NCBI GenBank assembly: GCA_963748015.1
Contig: CAVVHE010000004.1
Span: 1,344,001-1,408,000, forward strand
DNA from: Terriglobia bacterium
GTDB lineage: Bacteria > Acidobacteriota > Polarisedimenticolia > Polarisedimenticolales > JAIQFR01
Length of the DNA: 64,000 nt
Direction of reading: 5' to 3'
Below are positions 60,979-64,000 of this stretch, piece after piece. Numbering within the stretch: the stretch's first letter is position 1; every line of letters begins with the position of its first letter. Below the pieces are notes generated by a model that ran no database searches, had not been told where the DNA came from, and saw nothing but the letters and a program-made list of their open reading frames with translations. The position numbers and the translations under genes were made by a program.

Positions 60979-62612
60979 CGGGCCTCGGCCGCCGCGTCCC
61001 GGTCAGGGACGCACACGGCGCCTCCCCGCGGAAGGGACCGCGCCACCTCGGGAGCCTCCGGGAAGAGCCCCGCGATCCCCTTCGGGAACTCGTGCGTCTG
61101 CTCGACCTGCTGCACGATGCGGCTCACTGGCTCGTCCAGGATCTTGAAGAACGGCGCGGGGTAGAGACCGATCCAGAAAGACGCCACCGCGAGGGGGACC
61201 AGGGTCATGACCTCGCGGAAGTTCAGGTCGACCAGCTTGAGGTTCTCCGGGTTCTCGATCTTGCCGAACATCGTGCGCTGGTAGAGCCAGAGCATGTAGG
61301 CGGCCCCGAGCACGATACCGGTGGCGCCGAGCACCGCCCAGTACTTCGGCGCGAGCCGGAACACCCCGAGGAGAATCGTGAACTCGCCGACGAAACCGTT
61401 ACCGGGGATCGCCGGCATGCCGATGGACGAGAGGGTCATCAGCATGAAGAACACGGCGAAGACCGGCATGACCTTCGAGACGCCGCCGTAGTCGGCGATC
61501 ATCCTCGTGTGCCGGCGCTCGTACACCAGGCCGACGATGAGGAACAGCGCCCCCGTGGACAGGCCGTGGTTCAGCATCTGGAGCACGCCCCCCGTGATCC
61601 CCTGGAAGTTCAGGGCGAACACGCCGAGCATGCAGAAGCCGAGGTGGCTCACCGACGAGTACGCGACCAGCTTCTTCCAGTCCTTCTGGACCATCGCGAC
61701 CATGGCGCCGTAGATGATGCCGATCACGCACAGGCCGAGCGCCCACGGCAGGAAGTAGCGCGTGGCGTCGGGGAGGATCGGCAGGCTGAACCGCACGAAC
61801 CCGTAGGTCCCCATCTTCAGGAGGACGCCGGCGAGGATCACCGACCCGGCGGTCGGAGCCTCGACGTGGGCGTCGGGGAGCCAGGTATGGAACGGGAACA
61901 TCGGGACCTTGATCGCGAAGCCCACGAAGAACGCCAGCCAGACCCAGTACTGCAGGTCGAACCAGTCCTTCCACGCGCCCATGGCCTGGAGGATGCGGAC
62001 GTCGAACGTGTACACCCCGGTCATGCTGCCGTGGTAGAAGTAGAGCGCGAGGATGCCGAGGAGCATCAGGACGGAGCCGAGCAGCGTGTAGAGGAAGAAC
62101 TTGATCGCTGCGTAGAGCTTGCGCGGGCCGCCCCAGATCCCGATCAGGAAGTACATCGGGACCAGCATGACCTCCCAGAATACGTAGAACAGGAAGAAGT
62201 CGAGGCTGACGAAGACGCCGATCATCCCGGTCTGGAGGAGGAGCATGAAGACGTAGTACTCCTTCACCCGATCCTTGATGGCCGTCCAGGACGACAGGAT
62301 CGCGATGAAGCCGAGGAGGGTGGTGAGCAGGATCAGCAGCATCGAGATGCCGTCGACGCCCACGACGTACTTCGCACCGATGGATTCGATCCACCTAGCC
62401 TCCTGGGAGAACCGGAAGCCAAAGGCGTCTTTCGGCGCCGAGTCCCAGGCGAACCACAGGGGCAGGCTCACGAGGAACCCGAGACCCGCCACGGCCGTCG
62501 CGAACTTCGCGATCAGGTCCTTCTTCTCCTTGTCGAAGAAGAGGATCAAGATCGCCCCCGCGAGCGGCAGGTAGGTGATGACGTTCAGGAGCTGATTGCC
62601 GAAAGGATTCAT
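60975..62612 (-). CDS. nuoM: NADH-quinone oxidoreductase subunit M
   Basis: FWEVMLVPMY, FPFHTWLPDAHVEAPT, KKLVAYSSVSH. Confidence 0.96.
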   Translation of the reverse strand: MNPFGNQLLNVITYLPLAGAILILFFDKEKKDLIAKFATAVAGLGFLVSLPLWFAWDSAPKDAFGFRFSQEARWIESIGAKYVVGVDGISMLLILLTTLLGFIAILSSWTAIKDRVKEYYVFMLLLQTGMIGVFVSLDFFLFYVFWEVMLVPMYFLIGIWGGPRKLYAAIKFFLYTLLGSVLMLLGILALYFYHGSMTGVYTFDVRILQAMGAWKDWFDLQYWVWLAFFVGFAIKVPMFPFHTWLPDAHVEAPTAGSVILAGVLLKMGTYGFVRFSLPILPDATRYFLPWALGLCVIGIIYGAMVAMVQKDWKKLVAYSSVSHLGFCMLGVFALNFQGITGGVLQMLNHGLSTGALFLIVGLVYERRHTRMIADYGGVSKVMPVFAVFFMLMTLSSIGMPAIPGNGFVGEFTILLGVFRLAPKYWAVLGATGIVLGAAYMLWLYQRTMFGKIENPENLKLVDLNFREVMTLVPLAVASFWIGLYPAPFFKILDEPVSRIVQQVEQTHEFPKGIAGLFPEAPEVARSLPRGGAVCVPDRDAAAEAR

Positions 62613-62637
62613 CGCCCGTGACTCCTCTGCGTGGTCG

Positions 62638-64000
<1,363 letters not shown>

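Overview
High-GC bacterial chromosomal window, tentatively Acidobacteriota-like; the lineage is an inference from gene style. It is mostly housekeeping: secA, cysE, hpnCDE, rny, typA, msrB, nrnA, sdhACDB, sppA, the F0 ATP synthase genes, nuoLMN, tRNA-Ala(GGC) and tRNA-Sec. The accessory or unusual parts are: (1) an operon at 1-5213 with two cohesin-like proteins between two TWEWDG beta-propeller proteins, one of which ends in a dockerin-like tail, suggesting a non-cellulosomal surface complex; (2) a degenerate integron-like cassette array with no integrase in the window (about 8690-9900); (3) a candidate three-hairpin sRNA with an ECF-type promoter (about 32119-32309, minus strand); (4) a partner-switching operon containing an MglA-like GTPase-GAF-histidine kinase fusion, divergent from an ECF sigma/anti-sigma pair (43978-51529); (5) a decaying region around the tRNAs with a possible integrase relic, a DUF2284-like pseudogene and an internally deleted isoaspartyl peptidase; (6) a NamZ-like gene apparently starting at ATC. 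Three single-base frameshifts, one in the essential gene secA, suggest sequencing or assembly indels, so all lesions need read-level checks. Family assignments come from motif recognition, not database searches.
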